This document shows, one piece after another, positions 46,328-55,691 of a DNA stretch of 64,000 nucleotides; the first letter of the stretch is position 1, and each line of letters begins with the position of its first letter. The notes under the pieces were generated by a model. It searched no databases. It had not been told where the DNA came from and saw only the letters and a program-made list of their open reading frames with translations. Origin of the DNA: Candidatus Omnitrophota bacterium. GTDB taxonomy: Bacteria; Omnitrophota; Gorgyraeia; Duberdicusellales; 4484-171. The position numbers and the translations under genes were made by a program. Location: NCBI GenBank assembly GCA_021735655.1, contig JAIPGM010000006.1, positions 1 through 64,000 on the forward strand, read 5' to 3'.

Positions 46328-48088
46328 TCATTCCGGCTTACCCTGATAAATACTTTTCAAAGATAACTCTAAAAAATCAGCCGCCAGCGGATTATAGCCT
46401 TCATAAGCAAGCAAAAAGTAAGCGGTTGAAGCTAAAGACCCGGTTCGACCACCCCTAGGAGTTCTCCAGCCATGGCCAGTATCTGCCCCCGGTGAAGAAG
46501 CATAGGGTAAACAAGGATCTTCGCGACCCACCAAAGAAGGAGATGTTATTAGCATTTTCTGTAATTCATTAAAATAAAAATAAGCTTTCTTTAAGTATTC
46601 TTTTGACTTCTCGGGATCCTTATCTTTGAAATAATCAGCCATTATCTCAAAAGCTAATATCATCTGACTGGTCCATTCCCCAGATACTACTCCTCCCCGA
46701 GCAATATGTTTAGCCTTGGCAAAATCAAAACCAGTTAATTTTGACACTCTTTCCTTATATTGGAATTCGACTGAAACTTGACAATTCTCAATAGCAAAAT
46801 CTAGAATTGCCTCTGGATTCATACCCAAAGAATAAAGCGCTTCCGGGCCGAAAGAACTTACCGACCAAGTATAGGTATCAGTCGCTATAGTAGAGTCACC
46901 CTTACCTCGCTTAACCGGCTGGCCATAATCACTATAAGCATAGCGCGCTACCCAATTTTTTATTCCCTCAGCAATATCTCGATATCTTACGTCACCGCTA
47001 AGCTCATAAAATAAACGGAAAAAAGCGAAAGCATCAAGATTGTGTTCGGTAGAATACCAAGAAACTTCCGGTCCACCCTTAATTCCTGCCTCTTTGTCCA
47101 TCATCTTAATCAAAAATCTACTCACTGTCTCAATTATTGGTAAATATTTTCGATTGCCGGTATGCTTAGTATAGCAAAGTGCCGCCAACCCTATCCAAGC
47201 ATTAGGCCCGGAATGTTGAACATATTCGAAAACTCCACCTCGAGTGAAATAAGCATTATAGATAAGTTTATCAGTATTTATTTTATCTAAATAAAAATTA
47301 AGAATTTTTTCTGCTCTTTCAGTGTCACCACGAACCAAAAAAATAATTGCCGCTAAAGACTGATCATAAGTAAAACAAACCCTTTTAAGACTATTGTCTC
47401 CTTCGAAACTAAGCACCAGGCCCCGGGAAAGATCCTGTCGGTTCTTAATCCAAGAATACATCCCTTTTATTATCTGAGAAGAAAAACCTATTCTTTCTTT
47501 ATCTAAGCTAGCTACTTCTTTTTTAATATCGCTCTTTGCTGAAGACTCAACCCCTTCAGAAAGAAGCTCTTCCAAGGCTGAGGTTCTTTCTAAAACTTCA
47601 ACATAATCACTTACTAATTTTTGATTTGCCTTAGTCAAAGAAAAATTATGCCAAAACAAAGACAAAGCGACGGCAACTAAAACGAACCCCGCTAAACTTA
47701 CCGAGAAAGGAATGCTCTTCTTCACAACTGCATATTTAAATATTCTATTACTTGCCGATTTATCAATATCTAAAAAATCTAGACCAGCCAGATATTGGAT
47801 AAAATCATCCTCGCCTTTACTTCTTAGCCAAGAAACCTTTGCCTCCAGGCATACCGGTTTAGCTATAAAAGGAAAATTTACCCTTAATGATATTCTTGCC
47901 CCAGGAGATCTTAGCTTATCGTAAAACCCACGCCAAAGCTCATTAACAATAAGGCAAATTCCACCTTTGCCGATGTCGCGTGTGAATCCTTGCAACCAAG
48001 GCGTGATTCTTCGACCCTGGCTATCAATAATAAAAAATTCGACCGGCAAAACAGTAGAAATTCTTAGATATCTTCGACGGTTACTCAT
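46328..48088 (-). CDS. PilZ-domain / TM / (alpha/alpha)6-toroid glycoside-hydrolase-like fusion protein
   Basis: N-terminal RRRYLRIS...DIGKGG PilZ motifs, one TM helix (residues ~128-150), ~430-aa C-terminal domain with glycosyl-hydrolase/epimerase-like (alpha/alpha)6 pattern. Confidence 0.55.
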   Translation of the reverse strand: MSNRRRYLRISTVLPVEFFIIDSQGRRITPWLQGFTRDIGKGGICLIVNELWRGFYDKLRSPGARISLRVNFPFIAKPVCLEAKVSWLRSKGEDDFIQYLAGLDFLDIDKSASNRIFKYAVVKKSIPFSVSLAGFVLVAVALSLFWHNFSLTKANQKLVSDYVEVLERTSALEELLSEGVESSAKSDIKKEVASLDKERIGFSSQIIKGMYSWIKNRQDLSRGLVLSFEGDNSLKRVCFTYDQSLAAIIFLVRGDTERAEKILNFYLDKINTDKLIYNAYFTRGGVFEYVQHSGPNAWIGLAALCYTKHTGNRKYLPIIETVSRFLIKMMDKEAGIKGGPEVSWYSTEHNLDAFAFFRLFYELSGDVRYRDIAEGIKNWVARYAYSDYGQPVKRGKGDSTIATDTYTWSVSSFGPEALYSLGMNPEAILDFAIENCQVSVEFQYKERVSKLTGFDFAKAKHIARGGVVSGEWTSQMILAFEIMADYFKDKDPEKSKEYLKKAYFYFNELQKMLITSPSLVGREDPCLPYASSPGADTGHGWRTPRGGRTGSLASTAYFLLAYEGYNPLAADFLELSLKSIYQGKPE

Positions 48089-48185
48089 AATTTAAAAAAT
48101 TCTTTATTCCTTTACTATTAAAATTCTTGAAAGAAACCGGTGGAATTTTAGATAAATTAAAAAAATGAGAATTTCCTATCTAATA

Positions 48186-48572
48186 CTATTTCTCTATATT
48201 TTTTAATTTTTGATAGAAGACTATAAACTCTTTCAAACCACGCACATTTTCTAAATCCGCATCTTCTAAAATATAAGCGAAATCATCATAACCAAGCAAA
48301 ACTGCCTTCTTTAGTTCATTAATCGCTTGCTTAGGTTTTCCGGTAAGCGAAAGGCTACAAGCAAGATTATAATGAATAACCGGGTCGTCCGGTTTCAAAC
48401 TCACTAATTTTTTATCTACAACCAAACCTTGGGTATAAAGACCTTTGCGAGTATAGGCATCCCCTAAAGAAATTAGCGCTCCGACAAAATCAGGGCGTTC
48501 CTTTAAAATATTTTCATAAAAAGATATCTCTAAATTACTTATTTTTCTAGATTTATCCTTATCCTTCTTCAT
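48186..48572 (-). CDS. TPR-repeat protein (128 aa)
   Basis: Three TPR-like helical hairpins. Confidence 0.55.
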   Translation of the reverse strand: MKKDKDKSRKISNLEISFYENILKERPDFVGALISLGDAYTRKGLYTQGLVVDKKLVSLKPDDPVIHYNLACSLSLTGKPKQAINELKKAVLLGYDDFAYILEDADLENVRGLKEFIVFYQKLKNIEK

Positions 48573-50968
48573 TTAACCTTTTCCAAAATAATCTCTTCGC
48601 GTAATCTATAAATGGCATCTTCAAGGAATTTCTCAAATCTTGAGTATTCCTCAGCCTCAACAAAACGTTTTTTCATCTTAAAATTTTGATGGAAATCAAT
48701 ACCCTGGTCAAGTTTCTTGTAAGAAACTTGAAGATCAAACCAAGGATTTTCCAAAATAAATGTTTCCGGTAAATATTTAACTTTCAAATTTTCCGGCAAA
48801 ATTATCCTTATCTTAGAATCCCGGCCGTGTAATCCTTCAAAATCTATCGGGTACTTCCTCTGATCTTTACTAATAAGTTTATGATCTAGCTGAAGTTGAT
48901 CTAAAACCGGAAGGATTCGTAAATCCCCAGCCGGGTTTAAAACTTTTTTAGCTTCAAAATTATAAGTAAGCATTGGATTTTTGGAAAAATCGTCAACATT
49001 TTTAATACTATAGTCAACAAAAGTAGAAAGCGACGATATCTCCCGCATTTTTTTACGGAGATCTTCTTCGATTAAGGCCGGGTGTGTATACTTTAGATAC
49101 CAACGATAAGAAGCAGCAAAAAATCCACTACTTATCACTCTGCGAATAACCTTCGCATTCTCGTCAGCATCAACTGTAATTTTCATATCATATTTAACTC
49201 TATTTTTTTTCAATGTATCGGTAGTAACAATCTTCCAGCCTTGATCAAAAAATACCATCACCGAACGATTCTGATCAGAAAGCGGTATATCCATAAAAGG
49301 AGTTGTTTCAGAGGTAGGATCCATAAAGATTAATTTATCGTCAATTTCAACAGCAGCAATAGCATGGTTAAAATTAATTGAAGGGAAGCTTTCCTCGATA
49401 GGATAAACGCTATCAGTAGGGATAAGCACCGGATAAGCCTTAAGGCCAGCTTCTCGGAGCAAAGAAACTAATAATACCGCCTGGTCCTTACAATCGCCAT
49501 AGCGATTCACAAACACTTCTTGGGCTGAGTGTGGTTCGTGTCCACCTTCTCCATACTCAATAGCTACATACCGAATATTTTTAGCCACAAATTCATGAAT
49601 TTCTCGAGCCTTGCCAAAGTCATCGGTGGCAGTTTCAATGATTTTACTCAAAAACTCTCTCATGCTTTCAGTTACCTGAATTTTATCTTGATAGAGAGAT
49701 TCCCACCACTCATAAATCTCATCCCATGAAGAAAAGCTCGATATTAGAATTGCTGGGTTAACATAAGCGTAAGACGGCATTGAATACTCGGGAATTATTG
49801 GTTTTATTCGATTGAATTCCCACCTATAGACCTTTGAATCATCACTTTCAGATAAAGATGGCTTAAGATCTATGCCTTCGGCATAATTTTGATTAAAAAA
49901 CTTAAAATTTACCGGGCTCTCTCTAGGCGTAACAAGATTAAAGTACGCTTTAAACACTGGGTATTGCTCCCTTAAGCGATAAATAAAGGTAAATTTGTCC
50001 TCGTTAACTAATTTTGATGAATAAATTTTGAATTTATATTCAATGAATGAACCAACATCTACTGAAGGCATAGAAATAATTCGAGCTCGCGAATTACTAT
50101 AAAGAGGAAAATTAAGATAGCGGCTAACGTCGCGGATATTCTCTTCTCCGACATATCTAACCTGCCCTTCCTTAGTTATCGTACGAGCAAACTCTAGCTC
50201 TATACGCTGGTAAGTTGAATCATACCCAATGTCGACTTCAGCTAATTTTTTGCCTCGCTCTTTTAAAACTTGCTCGATAACATGAACCGTAGATACCGAA
50301 GTATTTTTAGGAGTAATCTCCGTCGCCTCATCTACAAGAAGATAAACTGCAGCATCGTCGTTTATTTCAGTTAAAAAACTTTCTGCACTTTTAGTGATTT
50401 CTTTTATCTCTAAAGGTATTCCTTCCTCTACTTTGGCCCCAATCGCTTTAATTCTTTCTTTGGCCCGAGACTCAAAAGGCGGTGTAACTTTAGCATATAT
50501 TTTTAAAGCCTTAGGGAAAAGATTTTTCTCCTCTAATACTGTTCCATAAAGATAAAGGTATTCTGGGTCTTTAGGCAGCGGTTTTAATTGTTCAAAAATT
50601 TCAATAGCTAAGGCGTACTCTTTAAGCCTGGTATAAGCCTTAGCTAAAATAACTCTTGCCTGAATCAGATCAAAACCTTTAAACAGATCAATTGTGCGCT
50701 GATAATCCTTGAAACCATAATAGAATTGGCCAAGCTCAAGGCGTAAGGAATTATTTTGGGGGTCACTCTTGAGAAGTTCTTGATGTTTACTAATCAGATC
50801 TTCATATCGCTCCGAGAAATCACCAAAATCATCAGAATTAATGGGTTTATCCATTGGCTGGGGAGCACAACCTAAAAGGGCAGCAATAGCTACAAACAAA
50901 ATAAACCTGGAAGCGTAAACTTCCCAAATAATATTTTTTCTAAGCTTCGGAGTTCTAAAAATAGGCAT
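48569..50968 (-). CDS. Secreted TPR + transglutaminase-like domain protein (799 aa)
   Basis: N-terminal lipoprotein-like signal (LLGCAP), TPR repeats, transglutaminase core Cys (RYGDCKDQAVLLVSLLREAG). Confidence 0.7.
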   Translation of the reverse strand: MPIFRTPKLRKNIIWEVYASRFILFVAIAALLGCAPQPMDKPINSDDFGDFSERYEDLISKHQELLKSDPQNNSLRLELGQFYYGFKDYQRTIDLFKGFDLIQARVILAKAYTRLKEYALAIEIFEQLKPLPKDPEYLYLYGTVLEEKNLFPKALKIYAKVTPPFESRAKERIKAIGAKVEEGIPLEIKEITKSAESFLTEINDDAAVYLLVDEATEITPKNTSVSTVHVIEQVLKERGKKLAEVDIGYDSTYQRIELEFARTITKEGQVRYVGEENIRDVSRYLNFPLYSNSRARIISMPSVDVGSFIEYKFKIYSSKLVNEDKFTFIYRLREQYPVFKAYFNLVTPRESPVNFKFFNQNYAEGIDLKPSLSESDDSKVYRWEFNRIKPIIPEYSMPSYAYVNPAILISSFSSWDEIYEWWESLYQDKIQVTESMREFLSKIIETATDDFGKAREIHEFVAKNIRYVAIEYGEGGHEPHSAQEVFVNRYGDCKDQAVLLVSLLREAGLKAYPVLIPTDSVYPIEESFPSINFNHAIAAVEIDDKLIFMDPTSETTPFMDIPLSDQNRSVMVFFDQGWKIVTTDTLKKNRVKYDMKITVDADENAKVIRRVISSGFFAASYRWYLKYTHPALIEEDLRKKMREISSLSTFVDYSIKNVDDFSKNPMLTYNFEAKKVLNPAGDLRILPVLDQLQLDHKLISKDQRKYPIDFEGLHGRDSKIRIILPENLKVKYLPETFILENPWFDLQVSYKKLDQGIDFHQNFKMKKRFVEAEEYSRFEKFLEDAIYRLREEIILEKVK

Positions 50969-50971
50969 AAA

Positions 50972-52123
50972 TTATTTTAACTTTCCTAAAAACTTCTCAA
51001 TTCGAATTATTGCTTCTTTTAAATTGTCTAAAGAATTAGCATAGGAAATTCTAATATAGGAACTAAGCTCTTTACCAAAAGCTACTCCCGGCACTACAGC
51101 TACCTTTTGTTCAAATAAAAGTTTTTTAGCAAAGCTCAATGAATCTATCTTAAATTTTTCTAAAGAAGGAAAGCAGTAAAATGCTCCTTGCGGTAAATTC
51201 GTAGTTAACCCTAACCGATTTAGCTCTTTTACGACAAGCTCTCTTCTGCGTCGATAGGCCGAACGCATAGCTATAACTTCCTTCTGACTAAGCAAAGCTT
51301 CCGAGGCAGCGACTTGAGAGATAGTCGGCACACACATTATTGAAAAAGAATGGATTTTAGACATTGCTGCGATGATCTCCTGACTAGCGCAAGCATAACC
51401 TACCCGAAAGCCAGTCATCGCATAACCCTTGGAAAATCCATTAAGCAAAATCGTTCGCTTTTTTGCCTCTTTAGACAAACTAGCAAAAGGGCTATGTTTT
51501 TGATCGTAAATCAATTCATCATAAACTTCATCGCTAATAACCAATGTCTTTTTATTAGCGATAACCTTCCATATTTTTTTAAGCTCTAGAGAGGTATAAT
51601 GTGTCCCGGTAGGGTTGGAAGGATTATTTAAAATAATCGCTTTTGGGTTAGCTTTAAGAAGCTCTTTTAATCTCTTAATATCTATTTTAAAATTATCTTC
51701 GGCCTTTGTAGTTAAATAGAGAACCTGGCCTCCAGAAATCTCAACCAGAGCCGGATAAGCGACATAATGCGGAGTCACTACGATAACCTTATCTTTTGGC
51801 TCTAAGATAGCCCTCAAAGCCAAATCTAAAGCCTCACTCACCCCAACAGTTATCAGGATTTCGGTTTTAGGATCATAGCTTAAAGAAAATCTTCTCTTAT
51901 AGTGGTTGGCTATGTCCCGACGCAAAACAAAAAGCCCCTGGTTTGAGGTGTAAGAAGTCATTCCTTCCTCAAGGGCGGTAATTGCCTTTTCGCGAACCCT
52001 CCAAGGAGAGATAAAATCTGGCTCACCGACCCCCAGAGAAATAACCTCTGGCATTCCCATAACTAAATCGAAAAATGCCCGTATCCCCGAAGGGGCTAAT
52101 TTTTTAACTCTTTTAGAAATCAT
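50972..52123 (-). CDS. Class I/II PLP-dependent aminotransferase (aspartate/aromatic type)
   Basis: PLP-lysine motif FSKGYAMTGFRVGY, 383 aa. Confidence 0.8.
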   Translation of the reverse strand: MISKRVKKLAPSGIRAFFDLVMGMPEVISLGVGEPDFISPWRVREKAITALEEGMTSYTSNQGLFVLRRDIANHYKRRFSLSYDPKTEILITVGVSEALDLALRAILEPKDKVIVVTPHYVAYPALVEISGGQVLYLTTKAEDNFKIDIKRLKELLKANPKAIILNNPSNPTGTHYTSLELKKIWKVIANKKTLVISDEVYDELIYDQKHSPFASLSKEAKKRTILLNGFSKGYAMTGFRVGYACASQEIIAAMSKIHSFSIMCVPTISQVAASEALLSQKEVIAMRSAYRRRRELVVKELNRLGLTTNLPQGAFYCFPSLEKFKIDSLSFAKKLLFEQKVAVVPGVAFGKELSSYIRISYANSLDNLKEAIIRIEKFLGKLK

Positions 52124-52133
52124 TCATATCCCT

Positions 52134-52616
52134 TTAATAGGTTATTGCTAATCTTTGATTCTTATCTTTCTTTACTAAAATAACTCCATCTTCTTTATAT
52201 TTCTTAAGCATAAAATGAGTCGCGGTTCCTCTTACCTGATTTAAAGGAGCGAGCTTCTCGGAAACAAAACTGGCCACCGTATTGATATCGTCACCTTCAA
52301 CCACCAATAATAAATCATAAGTTCCTGAAAGAAGATAACAACTTTTTACTTCCGGGAAACGATAAATTCGCTCAGCCACTAAATCAAACCCCACATCTTT
52401 CTGAGGAGCTATTTTAACTTCGATTAGAGCCCGAACACTCCGCTCACCTTTAATTTTCTGCCGATTAATCACAGTCTTGTAGTTTACAATAACTCCTTTT
52501 TTCTCATAGCTTTTTATAGCCTTACTGAGCTCTTGCTTACTTTTACCAGTTAACTTCTGAAGCTCCTCCAAGGTAATCCGAGCATTACTTTCTAAAATCT
52601 CTAATATATCATCCAT
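52134..52616 (-). CDS. Lrp/AsnC-family transcriptional regulator
   Basis: N-terminal HTH plus RAM domain, 160 aa. Confidence 0.8.
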   Translation of the reverse strand: MDDILEILESNARITLEELQKLTGKSKQELSKAIKSYEKKGVIVNYKTVINRQKIKGERSVRALIEVKIAPQKDVGFDLVAERIYRFPEVKSCYLLSGTYDLLLVVEGDDINTVASFVSEKLAPLNQVRGTATHFMLKKYKEDGVILVKKDKNQRLAITY

Positions 52617-52670
52617 GTTAAGCCCTCCTTTTAGCTTCTCTATTGTATCAAAATAGCTTTTGCTTGTAAA

Positions 52671-53507
52671 TTAAGCTCTCGCCGAGGGAATTTGCACTTC
52701 TAAAACTCTTCTTAAGAGTATCCGGCGCGGCTCTTTAGCTTGCCCCTGGAATAAAAAATAAAAAAATCTCCCCTCTCTAACGAGACGCAAAGGTAATACC
52801 TGATCATGCTCTAAGATATTTGAACTGGAAAAATATTTTATATCTATTTTGTGGTCGTTTTCGATGGCTTCCTTTAAAATAGCAATTTTTTTATCTTCTT
52901 TGATTTTAAAAATATCATTACTGCAACTATAAAGCGACACGTAATCATCTAGGCTTTCAATCTTTTTATTTTTAAACCCATCTATAAGCTTTAAGAAAGT
53001 TTGGTAGGTCACCAAAGCATCGTCTAAAGCTCTATGCAGCCCACCTTTACAATCAATGCCTAATGACTTAGCTACCGTTCCTAAATTGTAACGAGGCAAA
53101 TCAAGCCCATCTCTAGCCATCGCCAAGATATCCACTGTCGGTAAGTTTAAAGGTTCCCGTCCAATTCTCTTTAAACTATAATCAATAAACTTTGCATCAA
53201 ATTCAACATTATAGGCACAAAGTACTGTCCCTTTTAAAAAATCAAGAAGCTTATCGGCTAGCTTTTCAAACGGCGGAGCATACTTTAAATCTTGATCTGA
53301 TATTTTATGAATTTGATAGGCTGCCTGAGGTACGGCCATTTTAGGGTTTACCAAACTATGAAATTTATCAACGATCTTTCTGTTCTTAACTTTAAAAGCC
53401 CCAATTTCACAGATGGCGTCACCCATGACCACATCTAAACCGGTAGTTTCTAAGTCTAAAAAGGTTAGCTGATAATCTTCAAGCGGTTTGCTTAAATCTA
53501 TATCCAT
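52671..53507 (-). CDS. DEDDh 3'-5' exonuclease (DnaQ/epsilon-like) with C-terminal uncharacterised domain
   Basis: Exo I FLDLETTGLD, Exo II CAYNVEFD, Exo III HRALDDA motifs. Confidence 0.75.
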   Translation of the reverse strand: MDIDLSKPLEDYQLTFLDLETTGLDVVMGDAICEIGAFKVKNRKIVDKFHSLVNPKMAVPQAAYQIHKISDQDLKYAPPFEKLADKLLDFLKGTVLCAYNVEFDAKFIDYSLKRIGREPLNLPTVDILAMARDGLDLPRYNLGTVAKSLGIDCKGGLHRALDDALVTYQTFLKLIDGFKNKKIESLDDYVSLYSCSNDIFKIKEDKKIAILKEAIENDHKIDIKYFSSSNILEHDQVLPLRLVREGRFFYFLFQGQAKEPRRILLRRVLEVQIPSARA

Positions 53508-53523
53508 TTGGTCTTTGCTACAT

Positions 53524-53934
53524 TTAATTAATTACTTTGGCTACTATCTCTCTATGCCTAGCTCGAGTATCAAAATCAATCAAAACTACCTGTTGCCAAG
53601 TTCCTAAATCAAGATGGCCTTGACTAACCGACACAAAAAGGCTAGTTTTAATCAAGGAGCTACGTAAATGTGCGTGTCCGTTATCATCCGACCAAGTAAA
53701 GTTATGAGCATAGTCCTTACGATAGGGCAAAAGCTGTTCAAAAGCTTGCTTTAAATCTTTTTCTAACCCCGGTTCATACTCCATAGTAGTGAGAGCTGCG
53801 GTTGAGCCGATAACCGACAAAAAAATAACCCCTTCTTTAAGGTTTTCTTTTTCAACTATTCGCTTCAACTCAGAAGTAATGTTGATTATATCGCAATTGC
53901 CTTTAGTCTTTACTTTGATTCGATCTGTTTTCAT
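53524..53934 (-). CDS. YjbQ/UPF0047 family protein
   Basis: 136 aa, characteristic YjbQ pattern. Confidence 0.65.
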   Translation of the reverse strand: MKTDRIKVKTKGNCDIINITSELKRIVEKENLKEGVIFLSVIGSTAALTTMEYEPGLEKDLKQAFEQLLPYRKDYAHNFTWSDDNGHAHLRSSLIKTSLFVSVSQGHLDLGTWQQVVLIDFDTRARHREIVAKVIN

Positions 53935-53973
53935 CTCCCCAGACTCGCTTACACTATGCTTTCGATCTGTTTG

Positions 53974-54294
53974 TTATTTAATTCTACTGCCCGGCTCTAC
54001 CTTTTTATCGCAAACAATAAGACTAGCATCATCTTTGCTTTGAGCAACGAGCACCATACCCTCAGAAGCGGCCCCACGGATAGTTTTTGGCTCTAGATTA
54101 ACTAAAACCACTACTGATTTGCCGGCCAAATCTTCAACTGCGTAAAAAGGTTTTATACCAGCAACCAATGAAATGGTTTTTTCACCAATGTCCACGGTCA
54201 GCAAATAAAGTTTTTCGGCGTTCGGATGTAATTCAACCGTTAAAACTTTACCCACCCTTAAATCAAGCTTAGAAAAATCGTCAAAAGTTACCAT
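53974..54294 (-). CDS. tRNA-binding (Myf/EMAP/CsaA-like OB-fold) protein
   Basis: FSKLDLRVGKVL...VVVLVNLEPKTIRGAASEGMVL typical tRNA_bind domain. Confidence 0.8.
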   Translation of the reverse strand: MVTFDDFSKLDLRVGKVLTVELHPNAEKLYLLTVDIGEKTISLVAGIKPFYAVEDLAGKSVVVLVNLEPKTIRGAASEGMVLVAQSKDDASLIVCDKKVEPGSRIK

Positions 54295-54387
54295 TATCTA
54301 CCTCCATAAATTACAATAATTAAAAAACAGGTCTACCAATAAACAATGGGGCGATCTTAAAGGTAGGAAATATACAAATACACACTA

Positions 54388-54702
54388 TCAACTCGCCAAA
54401 ATAATATCTTTAAGTATTACCCAAAGAAGCGTGATGATAATCGCTGCGGTAACAATATAGAAATCGTTAAAATAAAAAAATTCTCTTACGGCTTCGGTGC
54501 GCCGATGCTTTTTCTCAGGAATGTTATACCTTTTCTTAATCGCTGGCGCCACCTTTAATACATCTTCCCTTTTAAACCTTAGAAATTCTCCCGCCACCTT
54601 AAAATGAGGTATAAGCCGAGAACTTGCTAATTCAATTACATCCTTCTCGGAAATCCCCAATACATGGGACACTTCCCTAGTACTAAGAAGCTTTTCTCTC
54701 AT
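54388..54702 (-). CDS. Excisionase/MerR-type HTH protein with C-terminal TM helix
   Basis: LSTREVSHVLGISEKDVIELASSRLIPHFK HTH_17-like; hydrophobic C-terminus. Confidence 0.55.
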   Translation of the reverse strand: MREKLLSTREVSHVLGISEKDVIELASSRLIPHFKVAGEFLRFKREDVLKVAPAIKKRYNIPEKKHRRTEAVREFFYFNDFYIVTAAIIITLLWVILKDIILAS

Positions 54703-54736
54703 AGTTTAAACACCAATCAATCTTTTCTTTCTCAGG

Positions 54737-55234
54737 TTAAATTTTATGAGCTATCCAATCTTCCACTTGGTCCCGATCAAACAAAAATTTATTCCCTTCT
54801 TTTTCTACTGGAATTTTACCGCCTTCAACCCATTCCATAATTTTTTTTTCGCCGACTGATAGATAATCAGAAAGTTCCTCTAAGGAAATCTTCCCTTCGT
54901 TCATCCTGCATTTACCATTAAACACAGCCCCTTTTTCAATAGTAATTTGAGAAACGTTAACGTCTCCAAAAACCTTAGCAGTTGAAGTTAATCTTATGCC
55001 TTCGGTTGCTTTAATATTACCCTTAACTGTTCCGGCAACAATTACTTCTTCTCCAGAAATATCTGCTTTTACATCTGCGCTTGAACCAATAGTTAAGCTC
55101 CCCTTGGTGGTCAAGCTACCTTCAAACCTGCCATTTATTCTCAAATTCACGGGGTCAGAAAAAACTAAGCTTCCTTGCATGGCAGCATTCACATCAAGGA
55201 TTTTGTCTTCGCCTCTTCGTTTACTCATCTTCAC
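54737..55234 (-). CDS. Bactofilin-domain protein fused to C-terminal excisionase-type HTH
   Basis: Beta-helical bactofilin repeats (GSLTTKGSLTIG...GTVKGNIKATEG...GDVNVSQITIEKGAVFNG) plus C-terminal ISLEELSDYLSVGEKKIMEWV HTH. Confidence 0.6.
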   Translation of the reverse strand: MKMSKRRGEDKILDVNAAMQGSLVFSDPVNLRINGRFEGSLTTKGSLTIGSSADVKADISGEEVIVAGTVKGNIKATEGIRLTSTAKVFGDVNVSQITIEKGAVFNGKCRMNEGKISLEELSDYLSVGEKKIMEWVEGGKIPVEKEGNKFLFDRDQVEDWIAHKI

Positions 55235-55273
55235 ACCCCCTGTTAAAATATTCCTATTATATATATTAAATAT

Positions 55274-55690
55274 TTAATTTTCAAGTTTCTTCAAAAAAGA
55301 AAGCGACAAGTAAGATATAAGCGTCGCCATAAGGGCCGCGCTTATATAACCACAACCAACAGCCAAGCCGATAGCTGAACTTATCCAGATACTAGCAGCA
55401 GTAGTTAAACCCTTAACCCCTTCGCGGCTACGGATAATCGTTCCAGCGCCTAAAAACCCGATACCAGTAACTACTCCGGCAGCAATTCGGCCAGGATCTA
55501 TCGCCGTCTGGCCCTGATATATCTCAAAAATGTGAAGCGAAACCAACATTATCAATGTTGACCCGGTACAAACTAAAATATGAGTACGAAGACCGGCAGA
55601 ACTAGCTTTTTTTTCACGCTCAAAACCAATGATACTCCCCAAACAAAAGGCAATCAGCAGTCGAAAAATAGTATCAAATAGATTTAACAT
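55274..55690 (-). CDS. MgtC/SapB-family membrane protein
   Basis: 138 aa, four TM helices with MgtC pattern. Confidence 0.7.
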   Translation of the reverse strand: MLNLFDTIFRLLIAFCLGSIIGFEREKKASSAGLRTHILVCTGSTLIMLVSLHIFEIYQGQTAIDPGRIAAGVVTGIGFLGAGTIIRSREGVKGLTTAASIWISSAIGLAVGCGYISAALMATLISYLSLSFLKKLEN

Positions 55691-55691
55691 T

